Shown one piece after another: positions 47,179 through 57,173 of a stretch of DNA of 59,114 nucleotides. The notes beneath the pieces are model-generated. The model had not been told where the DNA came from and did not search any database. It was given only the letters and a program-made list of their open reading frames with translations. Both the position numbers and the translations under genes were made by a program. Source of the stretch: a virus (lineage: Duplodnaviria > Caudoviricetes); the IMG/VR virus record IMGVR_UViG_3300042863_001365, positions 1-59,114 of that record. One strand, written 5' to 3'. The stretch's first letter is position 1; each line of letters starts with the position of its first letter.

Positions 47179-48558
47179 ATGTCAGAAGAATACTCACTAG
47201 ATTTACAAAAGCTTTTTATAGAGTTTATGCAAAATGACCATGATCTTTTTGTAAGATGTAATAATATTACACGTCCTAGCTTTTTTGATAGACAACTAAG
47301 ATCAGCAGTTCGGTTTATTCAAGAACATTCGCAAGAATATAGTAGTATGCCTTCTTCACAACAAATAAAGGCAAAAACAGGATTGGAGTTGTCAGGTATT
47401 ACTGATGATATTGAATCACATAAAAAATGGTTTCTTGATGAATATGAAAAATTTTGCAGACATAAAGCTCTCGAAGAAGCAATCATTGAAAGTATGGAAA
47501 AACTTAAAAAGCACGAATATGGTGCAGTTGAACACCTTATAAAAGAAGCGGTGTCAATCGGTTTGGCGAAACAAATCGGGATGGATTATTGGAGCAACCC
47601 ATTGGAAAGACTTAAAGATATACAAAATAATAAGCCTGCTATCTCAACAGGATGGAAATCTATCGACGCAATTTTATATGGTGGCTTTGAACGTGGAACA
47701 TTGAATATTTTTGCAGCACCATCTGGACATGGTAAAAGCCTTTTCTTGCAAAACATATCACTAAACTGGGCATTAGATGGATATAATGTAATATATGTTA
47801 GCTTAGAACTTAGTGAAAAGTTGTGTTCAATGCGTTTCGATAGTATGCTAACAGGATACGGAACCAGAGAATTATTCAAAAACATTGATGACGTTACATT
47901 GAAATTAGGAATGATTTCAAAAAAGGCAGGAAGTTTGCAAATTGTGCAATTGCCTAATGGCATTACTGTTAACGACATTAGAGCATATGTAAAAGAATAT
48001 ACTATTCAAACTGGCAAAAAAGTAGATGCATTGGTGATAGATTATCTTGATCTTATGATGCCAGCTAAACAAAAAGTTTCATTAAGTGATGTATCACTAA
48101 AAGATAAATTAGTTAGTGAAGAATTAAGAAACTTGTTTATTGAAGGTGATTATCTTAGTGCTACTGCATCACAAATTAATCGTCAAGGTTTAGATGAGCC
48201 AGAATATGGAATGGGAACTATTGCTGGTGGTTTGACTAAAATTTATACCAGTGACAATGCTATTGGTATTCATGCTAATAGAGCGATGAAAGAGCGTGGT
48301 CGTATTCAAATTGAATTCATGAAAACTCGTAGTAGTGGCGGCGAAGGTAAAAAAGTTGATTTGGCATATGATATTCAATGTATGCGTATTTTAGATTTAC
48401 CTGATGATCAAGCCGATGTTGATATTAGTAATAACAGTGGAATTTATCAAAAGATAAAAGAAAAGCAAAGCGGATCATTGTCTGACCAAGCTGCTGCAAA
48501 AATTCCTCAACGAATTGATGCAGATAGACTCCGTAATATATTGAAAAGAGCAGAATAA
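47179..48558 (+). CDS. Replicative DnaB-like helicase (gp41-like)
   Basis: APSGHGKS; SLELSE; VIDYLDLM; TASQINR; KTR. Confidence 0.92.
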   Translation: MSEEYSLDLQKLFIEFMQNDHDLFVRCNNITRPSFFDRQLRSAVRFIQEHSQEYSSMPSSQQIKAKTGLELSGITDDIESHKKWFLDEYEKFCRHKALEEAIIESMEKLKKHEYGAVEHLIKEAVSIGLAKQIGMDYWSNPLERLKDIQNNKPAISTGWKSIDAILYGGFERGTLNIFAAPSGHGKSLFLQNISLNWALDGYNVIYVSLELSEKLCSMRFDSMLTGYGTRELFKNIDDVTLKLGMISKKAGSLQIVQLPNGITVNDIRAYVKEYTIQTGKKVDALVIDYLDLMMPAKQKVSLSDVSLKDKLVSEELRNLFIEGDYLSATASQINRQGLDEPEYGMGTIAGGLTKIYTSDNAIGIHANRAMKERGRIQIEFMKTRSSGGEGKKVDLAYDIQCMRILDLPDDQADVDISNNSGIYQKIKEKQSGSLSDQAAAKIPQRIDADRLRNILKRAE

Positions 48559-48601
48559 TCTTGACACGGATAAATAGATATGCTATATATGGGGTAATGT
48601 T

Positions 48602-48880
48602 ATGAGAAAAAAGACTCGATCAATATTAGAAGAGTTAGACAGTATTGGAAAATACTATGACAAAAAACAAATAATTGAAAATACTGCAAAAAATCTTATA
48701 GCAAGTGCTACGAATTTAATATCTTTGATAAAAGAAACTTATGGAGAAGAAACTTCTTCTGATCTTGAAAAACGTTTTTTTAGTAGTATAAGAACTGGCG
48801 ATGAAAAGAAATTTATTAGAGGCATAAGAAAAGTAGATGAAGACCCAGACGATAGCAAAACAACCAACGTGGAAACTTGA
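48602..48880 (+). CDS. Small late hypothetical protein
   Basis: ATAAATA upstream. Confidence 0.65.
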   Translation: MRKKTRSILEELDSIGKYYDKKQIIENTAKNLIASATNLISLIKETYGEETSSDLEKRFFSSIRTGDEKKFIRGIRKVDEDPDDSKTTNVET

Positions 48881-49724
48881 AAATGGGTCTATGCCCAATG
48901 CTGGCGTAATACACATAAGCGACATAAATTCAACTCTACAAATGCTTGAGACATATTTAAAAATTGACTTAATTAATAATACAATTGGTAGTGTGGGAAA
49001 AAGAATATATTCTGGTGACATAGATATTGCGTTAGAAAATACCGATCCTAACTTTATTGACGACATGATAGCCAAACTAAAAACAATCCCTGAAGTAATT
49101 AATGTTAAAAAAACATCTGTCATTATGACAACTATAAAAATACCTAATTGGAATTCAAAAAAATATATAGGTGTTAATGGGACAGGATTTGTTCAAGTAG
49201 ATTTTATGTTTGGACATGATGTAGATTTATTAAAGCTATTTTATCATAGCCCATTAGAAAGCGAAAGCAAGTATAAAGGCGTTTATAGAAATATCCTTTT
49301 AGGTGCTATTGCTCATTTCTATAATAGAAAATTTAGTGAAGAACTTATAATTAAAGATATACCAACATACGAAGAAAGATACTTTTGGTCTGCACAACTT
49401 GGATTATATAGAGGAAGATCATACGCAATATTATCAAGTGATAAAAATAATGTATTAAAGAAAAAGATCAATTCATCAATGCAAAATTATCTCGATTGTA
49501 GTAATACAGCAATAAAAGTGGCAAAAGAATTAAAACTTTCTGGTCCAGATAGTCTTTATAGCTTTGAAACTTTGTATAATGATATAAATACAAGATATAA
49601 TAGTGAACTATTATTTCTAATATATGATGAATTTATTAATAATAGATATGTCAAGGAAATGGGAATACCAGTTGAACTACAAGATTTTATAAGGACCAAA
49701 CATCATGGATTTGTCATTCGTTAA
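48837..49724 (+). CDS. Pol-beta-superfamily nucleotidyltransferase-like protein
   Basis: GSVGK..SGDIDIA (GS-x-DxD) and a third Asp in VQVDFM. Confidence 0.7.
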   Translation: MKTQTIAKQPTWKLENGSMPNAGVIHISDINSTLQMLETYLKIDLINNTIGSVGKRIYSGDIDIALENTDPNFIDDMIAKLKTIPEVINVKKTSVIMTTIKIPNWNSKKYIGVNGTGFVQVDFMFGHDVDLLKLFYHSPLESESKYKGVYRNILLGAIAHFYNRKFSEELIIKDIPTYEERYFWSAQLGLYRGRSYAILSSDKNNVLKKKINSSMQNYLDCSNTAIKVAKELKLSGPDSLYSFETLYNDINTRYNSELLFLIYDEFINNRYVKEMGIPVELQDFIRTKHHGFVIR

Positions 49725-50394
49725 AGACTTAAATGAAAGCAGCCAATACAGAACTAGATTTTCTCTTGCAAATGTAACCCCACGGGTAATTGCAGACCAT
49801 GCATTTATTGATATGATAACCTTATGGATATTATATAATGAATATGATTATGCACCAACCTCAGTTGAATACGCAAGAAAAACACTAATGTTTGGAAACT
49901 TTGATATGTATCGTCAGAGTTCTACTGATTTATACATGACCCTTCATATATTAATTTCAAAAAATTTATCTCTTGTTAAGCATGATGAATCAGCTAAACT
50001 GTTTTTTCAAAGAATATATTTAAATCCTACTATAATTAATGTATTTTTGAAGAAAATAACAAATAACTCATTGGTTTCATTATCCGCTAGACAAGTATTA
50101 CAAAAATTAGAACGTGAATTAAAAATTGAAGATAGTAATTATAGAAGCATAAGACGACTTGCACAAAATTGGGGATTTTTAACAAATATTCAAAAATCAT
50201 TGGTAATTACAAAAATACTTCAATTTTACAATGCTCATGCAAGCAGAAGCGAACTTATGTCAGTTTTAAGTGACTTGGCAGAAGTAAAAGGATTTATAAT
50301 TGATGATGCAGATATACAAATGAATCAAAATAATGATATAACTTCTGTATCCAAATTAGCTACATTAGGTGTAACAAAATACAATAAGGAATAA
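49705..50394 (+). CDS. Hypothetical (late/virion) protein
   Basis: Intact ORF overlapping the upstream gene in a late operon. Confidence 0.7.
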   Translation: MDLSFVKDLNESSQYRTRFSLANVTPRVIADHAFIDMITLWILYNEYDYAPTSVEYARKTLMFGNFDMYRQSSTDLYMTLHILISKNLSLVKHDESAKLFFQRIYLNPTIINVFLKKITNNSLVSLSARQVLQKLERELKIEDSNYRSIRRLAQNWGFLTNIQKSLVITKILQFYNAHASRSELMSVLSDLAEVKGFIIDDADIQMNQNNDITSVSKLATLGVTKYNKE

Positions 50395-50398
50395 CTTT

Positions 50399-50875
50399 AT
50401 GCCATTGCCTACCTCTAGAGGTGAATGGACTACCGATATTACATCTACAGAAGAACTAGACAACTTTACTGTATATACATTGGTAGACATAACCAATACT
50501 GAAATCACAGACCCAGACTTATTCGATACATTAGAATACAACCAATATCAAAATTTAAATACTATATTACAAGTTGTTGGAATGAGAACGCAGCCAATAG
50601 TTATTAGCGTAATTGCTAAAAAATCTGCAAATCTAAAAAACTTTAAATTTGGCTCACAATATTCTGGAAAACATAGTGTATGGATTATAAAATTTTCAAG
50701 CGAATATAAAGATGCATGGCTAAAAGAAAATGATCCAAGCTTCTTTTTAAAAAAAGACATTGATGGAATTGCATATATTTCTTCATTAGAAGAAACTGTA
50801 AAATTCGATGTTGATATATTTAATACTAGTTCAGTTAAATATAAAAATATATACTTTGAAAACAACAACATATAA
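50399..50875 (+). CDS. Hypothetical (virion) protein
   Basis: YTLVDITNT...QNLNTILQVVGMRTQP; AAGGA RBS. Confidence 0.7.
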   Translation: MPLPTSRGEWTTDITSTEELDNFTVYTLVDITNTEITDPDLFDTLEYNQYQNLNTILQVVGMRTQPIVISVIAKKSANLKNFKFGSQYSGKHSVWIIKFSSEYKDAWLKENDPSFFLKKDIDGIAYISSLEETVKFDVDIFNTSSVKYKNIYFENNNI

Positions 50876-50963
50876 TATATAAAGTTTATTTTTGTATTAA
50901 TACAAGTAAATAATGGTGGATAGATTTATTCACCATAAAATAACCGTTACTTGGAGAGGCATT

Positions 50964-51215
50964 ATGGAATTTGATTATAAGGAATTGTCTGAGTTAAAAA
51001 CAGAAATCGCTGTTATAAAAGAAAGACAAAAAACAATTGATGAACGTCTTATTGAATTACTGACTCAAAATAAAACGATGACAGATGAATTAAAAGCATA
51101 TAGAGAAGAAGCGACTAGACCCAGTAAGGAATTAACGACAACATTAATTCGATCATCTGCTATGGTTATTGCTTCATTGTTTGCAGCATTGATGTCAATT
51201 ATTTTTATGCAATAA
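50964..51215 (+). CDS. Coiled coil plus C-terminal TM protein (holin/XhlA-like candidate)
   Basis: GGAG RBS; heptad region followed by a hydrophobic tail. Confidence 0.55.
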   Translation: MEFDYKELSELKTEIAVIKERQKTIDERLIELLTQNKTMTDELKAYREEATRPSKELTTTLIRSSAMVIASLFAALMSIIFMQ

Positions 51216-51229
51216 CTTGGAGAAATAAA

Positions 51230-51523
51230 ATGGGAAATTTGGAAGATATCGTAGAGCTAAAAGATCAGGCTAGTGAATTTCAAAAAAATATTCATGACAT
51301 AAAAGTAGATGTAGCAATAATAAAAGAAAAATACAATCATATGAATGACCGAGTTTTAAAGATTGATGAAAATTTTTCCGAATTAGTATCTACTGTATAT
51401 ACTATGCGGAATGAAAATACAGAACAGCATAAGTCTATGATTAAGGCTTTAATTGCAGCATCTGCAACTATTAGTGCAAGTTTTATCGGAGCAATTGGAT
51501 TAATAATTTCTGTATTGTTGTGA
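51230..51523 (+). CDS. Coiled coil plus C-terminal TM protein, paralog of 50964..51215
   Basis: K(T/V)(E/D)(I/V)A(V/I)IKE shared; hydrophobic tail. Confidence 0.55.
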   Translation: MGNLEDIVELKDQASEFQKNIHDIKVDVAIIKEKYNHMNDRVLKIDENFSELVSTVYTMRNENTEQHKSMIKALIAASATISASFIGAIGLIISVLL

Positions 51524-51561
51524 TAAATAAACTTATATAAGCATAGGAACGGTAATAGAAG

Positions 51562-52002
51562 ATGAAAAAACCAACGAAAAAAAATAAACCAAGTGCTTCT
51601 TCGAAATTTTCTTACATTTTGAAGAAGCACTTTAATCTTGACTATACCGATAATGATTTAAAAAATGCATTAGAAAATATGGGTATTTCTGATATAGTTT
51701 CACTAGACATTGCTATCGAAAATAAAGATATAAATTCTATAAAAGAAATATTCAATAAGACTATTCAGCTAGAATATACTATACCTAATAGAGCAAATTT
51801 ACCATCGGCTGCACAGAATAGACCATCTGTTTCAACTTCAAAAACTACAACTAAACCAATCGGTAGTTTGAATTCTACAGAATTCAATGCACAACAAAAA
51901 TTAGATACCGAAAAAGAAAAAAAAGATCAAGAATTACAAAATGAAATAAAATCTAAAGAAGAAGAATTAGAAACTATTAAAAGATTAGCAGGAATAAAAT
52001 GA
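51562..52002 (+). CDS. Late hypothetical protein ending IKRLAGIK
   Basis: ATAAATA upstream. Confidence 0.65.
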   Translation: MKKPTKKNKPSASSKFSYILKKHFNLDYTDNDLKNALENMGISDIVSLDIAIENKDINSIKEIFNKTIQLEYTIPNRANLPSAAQNRPSVSTSKTTTKPIGSLNSTEFNAQQKLDTEKEKKDQELQNEIKSKEEELETIKRLAGIK

Positions 52003-52202
52003 GAACAATAACTGGAATCGGTGGTATTTCTTTATTTTTAAACAATAAAGAATGGGATTTGATACAAGATAAATCAGAAGTATTCTTGCGTTCATCTTTG
52101 AAAGATGATCAAAAATATCTGGCTAGTCAAATGCATAGACGAGGAATATTAACTGCGTCTAGAGTAGATGGCGATATTAAATACAAATTGAATAAAAATT
52201 AA
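51999..52202 (+). CDS. Small hypothetical protein
   Basis: ATGA-coupled to the upstream gene. Confidence 0.6.
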   Translation: MRTITGIGGISLFLNNKEWDLIQDKSEVFLRSSLKDDQKYLASQMHRRGILTASRVDGDIKYKLNKN

Positions 52203-52203
52203 T

Positions 52204-52686
52204 ATGATTAACATAACATATAATATATTTGAAGAATTGGTAGAAAATGCCATAAATGATATAGTTTCAGAAAGTAACTATAACAATAATTTAAAATTAG
52301 CTTCATTAACCAAAATTGAAAATGGAAATATTACAGTTGGTGACTATACTATTAATAAAAAAATTATTAGTTTATGGGGAGTAAAAAAATCATTTTATGA
52401 TGTCTCCTGCGATAATAGATTAGAAGTAGAAAATATTGGTTCTAGTCTATTATTATTTAAAATATTATTAAAATTATTAGACAATCGAACAATAACTGAA
52501 AATGATCCATTGCCAATACTTAATGCAAGATATGTAGGAATTATATCAGATGCCTTATATTATAAATCAAGATTATTAAGTAATGGTTACAAAAGTGATA
52601 CTACTAAAAATGTGTATCAAGCAAAATATGAAGGTTGTATAGATGCACTTCATCGAGTCAACGAACAAATTAATAAAATTTCATAA
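52204..52686 (+). CDS. Hypothetical protein
   Basis: Intact ORF within the operon. Confidence 0.65.
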   Translation: MINITYNIFEELVENAINDIVSESNYNNNLKLASLTKIENGNITVGDYTINKKIISLWGVKKSFYDVSCDNRLEVENIGSSLLLFKILLKLLDNRTITENDPLPILNARYVGIISDALYYKSRLLSNGYKSDTTKNVYQAKYEGCIDALHRVNEQINKIS

Positions 52687-52717
52687 ATAATAGAAATAAA
52701 CATATTGGAGAACAGAA

Positions 52718-53512
52718 ATGTTTTTAGAAGATTTTGACACCCCCGCACAACGTTTTGGAAAAATCCAAAACTATTTGAGAGAAAATTATAATTGTGAAAT
52801 TGCACCCGACACTTTGACATATTCTCGCGTAAATCATTTACTAAAAGAAACGAAAGAAAAACTTTCGAAGTTAGATGAAAAGAAAAATGCAAAAGAATAT
52901 GCAAAATTACAAATAATCTCAGAAGGTTTAAAGCTTTGGAAACTTGCCCCAGTGCAAACTGAATTGACTAGTCCTGCTATTAGAGAAGCATTAGATGATA
53001 GCAATATGGAAGAAGCAAAAGTTATTATTGCTGCTGAAGAAATGACAGATAAACTACAAAAAATGATTGAAGACTTGGCAGAAATGCAAGTTCAGCAATT
53101 AATTCCAATTATAGATGCAATGAAAGCAGAAATTGGAAATGCAGAAGCCAGCCAATTTAATGACGTTGTTGATGGTTCATTGGGTGAATTGTTAGATTTG
53201 GCTAAGTCAACAAAAGACAAGCTAACAACTGCTATACAAGTAGCAAGCGGTCAGCAATCAGGCAACGACATGGGTGCAGACATTAACCCAGAAGATGAAT
53301 TTGGAATGCCAAGTGATATCGAATTAGGTGGCGAACCAGATCAATTCGCAGGTGACGATGCTGCAGCGGGCGATATGGGTCCAGAAGGCAGAACAATGAA
53401 AGGCGAAAGCATTAATTACATGAGTGCATTGTCTGAAGTAAAATCTGCAATGAAAAATGGAAAAATTTCTAAAGTTGCATTAGAAAATGTAATAAGCAGA
53501 ATTAAAAAGTAA
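52718..53512 (+). CDS. Acidic helical putative head scaffold/core protein
   Basis: ATAAATA and GGAG upstream; acidic Gly/Pro linker. Confidence 0.55.
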   Translation: MFLEDFDTPAQRFGKIQNYLRENYNCEIAPDTLTYSRVNHLLKETKEKLSKLDEKKNAKEYAKLQIISEGLKLWKLAPVQTELTSPAIREALDDSNMEEAKVIIAAEEMTDKLQKMIEDLAEMQVQQLIPIIDAMKAEIGNAEASQFNDVVDGSLGELLDLAKSTKDKLTTAIQVASGQQSGNDMGADINPEDEFGMPSDIELGGEPDQFAGDDAAAGDMGPEGRTMKGESINYMSALSEVKSAMKNGKISKVALENVISRIKK

Positions 53513-53521
53513 GAGAAATAT

Positions 53522-53896
53522 ATGCGTTATCAACAGTTAGTTATCGAATCAGACTATATAGAAAATCTAAAAAGTGAAATAATTAATTTATTAACTATTG
53601 CATCTTCTAGAGATATTAAAAGTTTGCGAACCAGCTTTTTGGTTAAAGATTTGCAAAATATGGGATTTGATGTTAATATAAATACTATACTTTCTATAAT
53701 GAATGATTTAGATATAGTATCTACTGCTGACAACAAAAAAATAGAAATAGCAACAAAAGATAAAGAGAATGATCAAGAAGAAATTGATGTTCCTGATTTC
53801 GGAGAAAATAAACCATTTGGCGGGTTTGAAGATAATACAACTGACCCAATAGATGCTGCAGCTAAACGCCAAGCAACAAAGGATATAAAATTATGA
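53522..53896 (+). CDS. Hypothetical protein with MRYQQLVIE tag
   Basis: N-terminal tag; late operon. Confidence 0.65.
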   Translation: MRYQQLVIESDYIENLKSEIINLLTIASSRDIKSLRTSFLVKDLQNMGFDVNINTILSIMNDLDIVSTADNKKIEIATKDKENDQEEIDVPDFGENKPFGGFEDNTTDPIDAAAKRQATKDIKL

Positions 53897-54210
53897 TTCC
53901 TTTATTCACCGCAGAAAATGCAAGAGTAAACTCGAAAAATGATTTAATAATATTTGATGAAATCGTATATATTTCTAGAGTTATAATAAATCAAAGTTTA
54001 GATGGAACTTATCAAGCCACTGTATCTAGTGGAACTACTATGACAACCACATCAGTATATTACCAATCATGGATTGGGACATCTCCTGATCGTCAAATAT
54101 ATGAACAAATGGCATCAGTTATACAATATTTTGAAAAACTAGGATATACTATTACTCGTAAAACAAATGCGATAACAGGTAATACTATATCTTGGTTTGT
54201 TCAATGGTAA
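53893..54210 (+). CDS. Hypothetical (virion) protein
   Basis: ATGA-coupled; ends F-KLGY-I-R...W-V-W. Confidence 0.65.
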   Translation: MIPLFTAENARVNSKNDLIIFDEIVYISRVIINQSLDGTYQATVSSGTTMTTTSVYYQSWIGTSPDRQIYEQMASVIQYFEKLGYTITRKTNAITGNTISWFVQW

Positions 54211-54252
54211 AAAGTTCTTGACAATCTAATCAAAATCTAGTAGTATACTAAT

Positions 54253-54936
54253 ATGATAACATATAATCCACAATATAATTACACACCATTGAATCGTATA
54301 GATTCTGATAACGGCAGGAAGTATAATACTCCTACTGGAAACTTACCAAGTGTTACCACTATTCTTAGTGCAACAAAATCTCAAGAAAGTAAACAAAAAC
54401 TCCAACAATGGAGAAATAGAGTAGGTGATGCCGAAGCTACGAAAATTACTAATGAAGCAGCTAATGTTGGAACAATAATGCATGGAATTCTAGAACATTG
54501 GGTTCTAGGCAAAGAACACGATCCGGGAAATAATGTAATTCATCGCCAAGCCAAAATGATGGCAGAAAAAGTAAAAGAAAATATATCACCATATATTTCT
54601 GAAATATGGGGCAGTGAAGTAAATTTATATTATCCAGATTTATATGCAGGAACCGCAGACTTAGTAGGAATGTGGAAAGGAAAACCAGCTATATTGGATT
54701 TCAAACAAACAAACAAACCGAAAAAGATAGAATATGTCACTGACTATTATCTGCAGCTTACTGCATATGCGTTGGCTCACAATGAATTATATGGGACTAA
54801 TATTAAAGAAGGACATATATTAATGTGTAGTAGAGATTTAGATTATCAACAATTTGATTTATTGCCAGATGATTTTAGTTATTGGGAAGATCAATTTCTT
54901 TCAAAACTTGAAGAATATTACAATTTAACAAAATAA
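54253..54936 (+). CDS. PD-(D/E)XK exonuclease (Cas4-like fold)
   Basis: PSVTTIL; GT-MH; AGTADL; ILDFKQ; YYLQLTAYA. Confidence 0.85.
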   Translation: MITYNPQYNYTPLNRIDSDNGRKYNTPTGNLPSVTTILSATKSQESKQKLQQWRNRVGDAEATKITNEAANVGTIMHGILEHWVLGKEHDPGNNVIHRQAKMMAEKVKENISPYISEIWGSEVNLYYPDLYAGTADLVGMWKGKPAILDFKQTNKPKKIEYVTDYYLQLTAYALAHNELYGTNIKEGHILMCSRDLDYQQFDLLPDDFSYWEDQFLSKLEEYYNLTK

Positions 54937-54940
54937 GATA

Positions 54941-55765
54941 TCATAATTTTTGTGGTTTATTGCATTGTGATAGATGATATCGAGTAAACACCCTCTTATT
55001 AATTTCATTTCCGCAATGTAAACAACATAACATCGGCAAATTAGTTTGCATTTGTGATAATTTAATTTTATGATCTTCTGATTTGGGTTTACCTTCATGT
55101 AATAACTTTAATTTATGTTTTGTTTCTAAAGAAACTGGAGGACGATTTAATGCACTGTCTGATTGTTTTTTTCTGGTTTCTGAAGATGCAGATTTTCCGA
55201 GTTTTGAAGCTCTTAGCTTATTTCTGGTTTCTTCTGTTATTTCTCTGCCCTTCATATTTTCTTTATGGCTATCTGATTTTGGTTTTCTCATATTTTGTTT
55301 ATGTATTTCACTAAAAGGTTTTCCGAGTTTTGCGGCACTAATTTTCTTTCTAGTGGATTCGGACATTTCTTTTGTAGTTTTAACTCCTTTTTGTATCAGA
55401 CTAATAGCTTCTGAATGCATAGTTTTTATGTTGGCGTATGATCTTGCCGTTATAAATTTATTATATTTTTTTGAATAAACAAATCTTATTAATGCACAAA
55501 CCATCTTTGCTTTTGGGATTCCAGTTAACATTTTTGGAAGCAATAAGTGACATATGAAATGTTCTTTTGCCGTTAGTTTCACTATATTTTTTGCATCATT
55601 GGGGTTGCCCTCTAACCAACCAATTGGTCCTTTTCTAAATCTAGAAATATAAAAACATTCTGGAATTATATGGTGTTTTTCTGTATACCCGATATTAACT
55701 CTATCAGATGCTTTTTTTATTATGGAATAATACCATTTAGTATATTTGTTATCTATAAATACCAT
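54941..55765 (-). CDS. HNH homing endonuclease with NUMOD3-like repeats
   Basis: EKHHIIP...N...LTAKEHFICHLLL; repeated SEETR-K-S / SE-HK-K units; antisense insertion in the core operon. Confidence 0.85.
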   Translation of the reverse strand: MVFIDNKYTKWYYSIIKKASDRVNIGYTEKHHIIPECFYISRFRKGPIGWLEGNPNDAKNIVKLTAKEHFICHLLLPKMLTGIPKAKMVCALIRFVYSKKYNKFITARSYANIKTMHSEAISLIQKGVKTTKEMSESTRKKISAAKLGKPFSEIHKQNMRKPKSDSHKENMKGREITEETRNKLRASKLGKSASSETRKKQSDSALNRPPVSLETKHKLKLLHEGKPKSEDHKIKLSQMQTNLPMLCCLHCGNEINKRVFTRYHLSQCNKPQKL

Positions 55766-55836
55766 TGCTGTTGTTCCTTATGACAATAGAATAGTTGGGA
55801 TGACTGCCAAGAAAATCCGCGAACTATATTATTTAT
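55763..55836 (-). promoter_or_regulatory. Late promoter plus structured leader of the HNH gene
   Basis: ATAAATA...ATAGTT-CGC-GGAT-loop-ATCC-C-AACTAT-TCTAT...AAGGA...ACAGCA-ATG. Confidence 0.7.
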
Positions 55837-55906
55837 CTTTCGCTTGACATTTATTATTGGGCGTGCTATAATTGGTAAATAATAAAAAGATATAAAGGAA
55901 ACTCAT

Positions 55907-56590
55907 ATGGCGACAACTAGAATTTCAAAAATAAAAGTAAGAAGTGGTCAATTAAGCGATTTGCCTGTTCTTGATCCTAGTGAATTTGGCTATTCGACTG
56001 ACGAACATCGTCTTTTTATTGGTAATACAGAACTAACAGTAGGAACAGGCAATGGAACTAATAGAATATTTAATATTCCAATATCAAGCAATTTTCCACT
56101 ACCAACCAATAATTTAGAAAATCCAAAGTTTTTTGTGAATGGTAGTCAACGTAGTGATATTGTTATTGGTGGAACAACTGTAACTTTTGCCACCGCACCT
56201 GTACTAAATGCAATAGTAACTATAAAATTCAATAGCGAAATAGCATTAGTAAATTCTACTGAAACCCCAAGTTCATTAGTATTTAATGCTGCTACTCCAT
56301 TATTTTTAGACACTAATTTTACATTTAATTATACTATATATGATACATGTTATATAGATTATACTATTAGGTTAACAAATAATACTGGATTTAGAATGGG
56401 TAGAATTAGGTTGATGGTAGATAAAAACAATGCTGAATTTAAAATAGATGATGAATACAATTCATTAACAAATACAACAGAGATAGATTTTGATGCTAGA
56501 TTATCTGGAAATTATTGTTATCTTACTTATAAAAATAATACAGTATCTCCCGCAGTTTTTAAATATACGTTTAAACTATGGAAGATGTAA
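55907..56590 (+). CDS. Virion structural / tail-associated protein
   Basis: N-terminal KIKVRSG..DLPVL..EFGY-TD-RLFIGN, typical of tail-fibre-type N-termini. Confidence 0.65.
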   Translation: MATTRISKIKVRSGQLSDLPVLDPSEFGYSTDEHRLFIGNTELTVGTGNGTNRIFNIPISSNFPLPTNNLENPKFFVNGSQRSDIVIGGTTVTFATAPVLNAIVTIKFNSEIALVNSTETPSSLVFNAATPLFLDTNFTFNYTIYDTCYIDYTIRLTNNTGFRMGRIRLMVDKNNAEFKIDDEYNSLTNTTEIDFDARLSGNYCYLTYKNNTVSPAVFKYTFKLWKM

Positions 56591-57048
56591 AAATAAAAAA
56601 AATATATTGGCAAAGATCACCAGAACAAAGAATAGAACTATGGAGAAGATTTAGAAGAAGTTTTTCTTCTACTGATACAGCAGAAATTTGTAATGAAAGT
56701 TGGTCATGGTGGATAATGTCACCAGATGTAAATCGAACAATTGATCCATATAATCCAAATACATGGCTAACGTTTTGGGAAATGATTCAATTGGGAGAAA
56801 CATGCAAATATAGCAAAGCCGTGGGTGCGGCTTTTATGATACACTATCTAAATTCTAATCTAGATATTGTTATATCTAGGGTTTATGATAAAAATAAAAA
56901 CGATATATACATTACCACATTAGTAGAAAACAAATTTCTACTGCATCCTGAATATACCGAGGTAATGGAAATGAATAATGATTATGTAATTCAGGAAACG
57001 TGGTCAATTAAAAAAATATTAGAAATTATAAAATATAGGTCTGCGTAA
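56578..57048 (+). CDS. Hypothetical protein
   Basis: Trp-rich; R-ELWR-FR...DPY-P-TW-T-WE. Confidence 0.65.
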   Translation: MEDVKIKKIYWQRSPEQRIELWRRFRRSFSSTDTAEICNESWSWWIMSPDVNRTIDPYNPNTWLTFWEMIQLGETCKYSKAVGAAFMIHYLNSNLDIVISRVYDKNKNDIYITTLVENKFLLHPEYTEVMEMNNDYVIQETWSIKKILEIIKYRSA

Positions 57049-57173
57049 TAATATGGAAGTTTCTATTTTAATATTAGAAATATTCATCAATTACCTATAA
57101 TAATTAAACATACTCCTGCACATAATAATGATGTGGGCTATAACTTTTTGGTTTACGAATATAAGGATTAATA

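Noticed and set aside
33256-48558. Introns, inteins or stop-codon reassignment in core genes
   Set aside because: Terminase, UvsX, UvsW, primase and helicase are uninterrupted and of normal length under the standard code.
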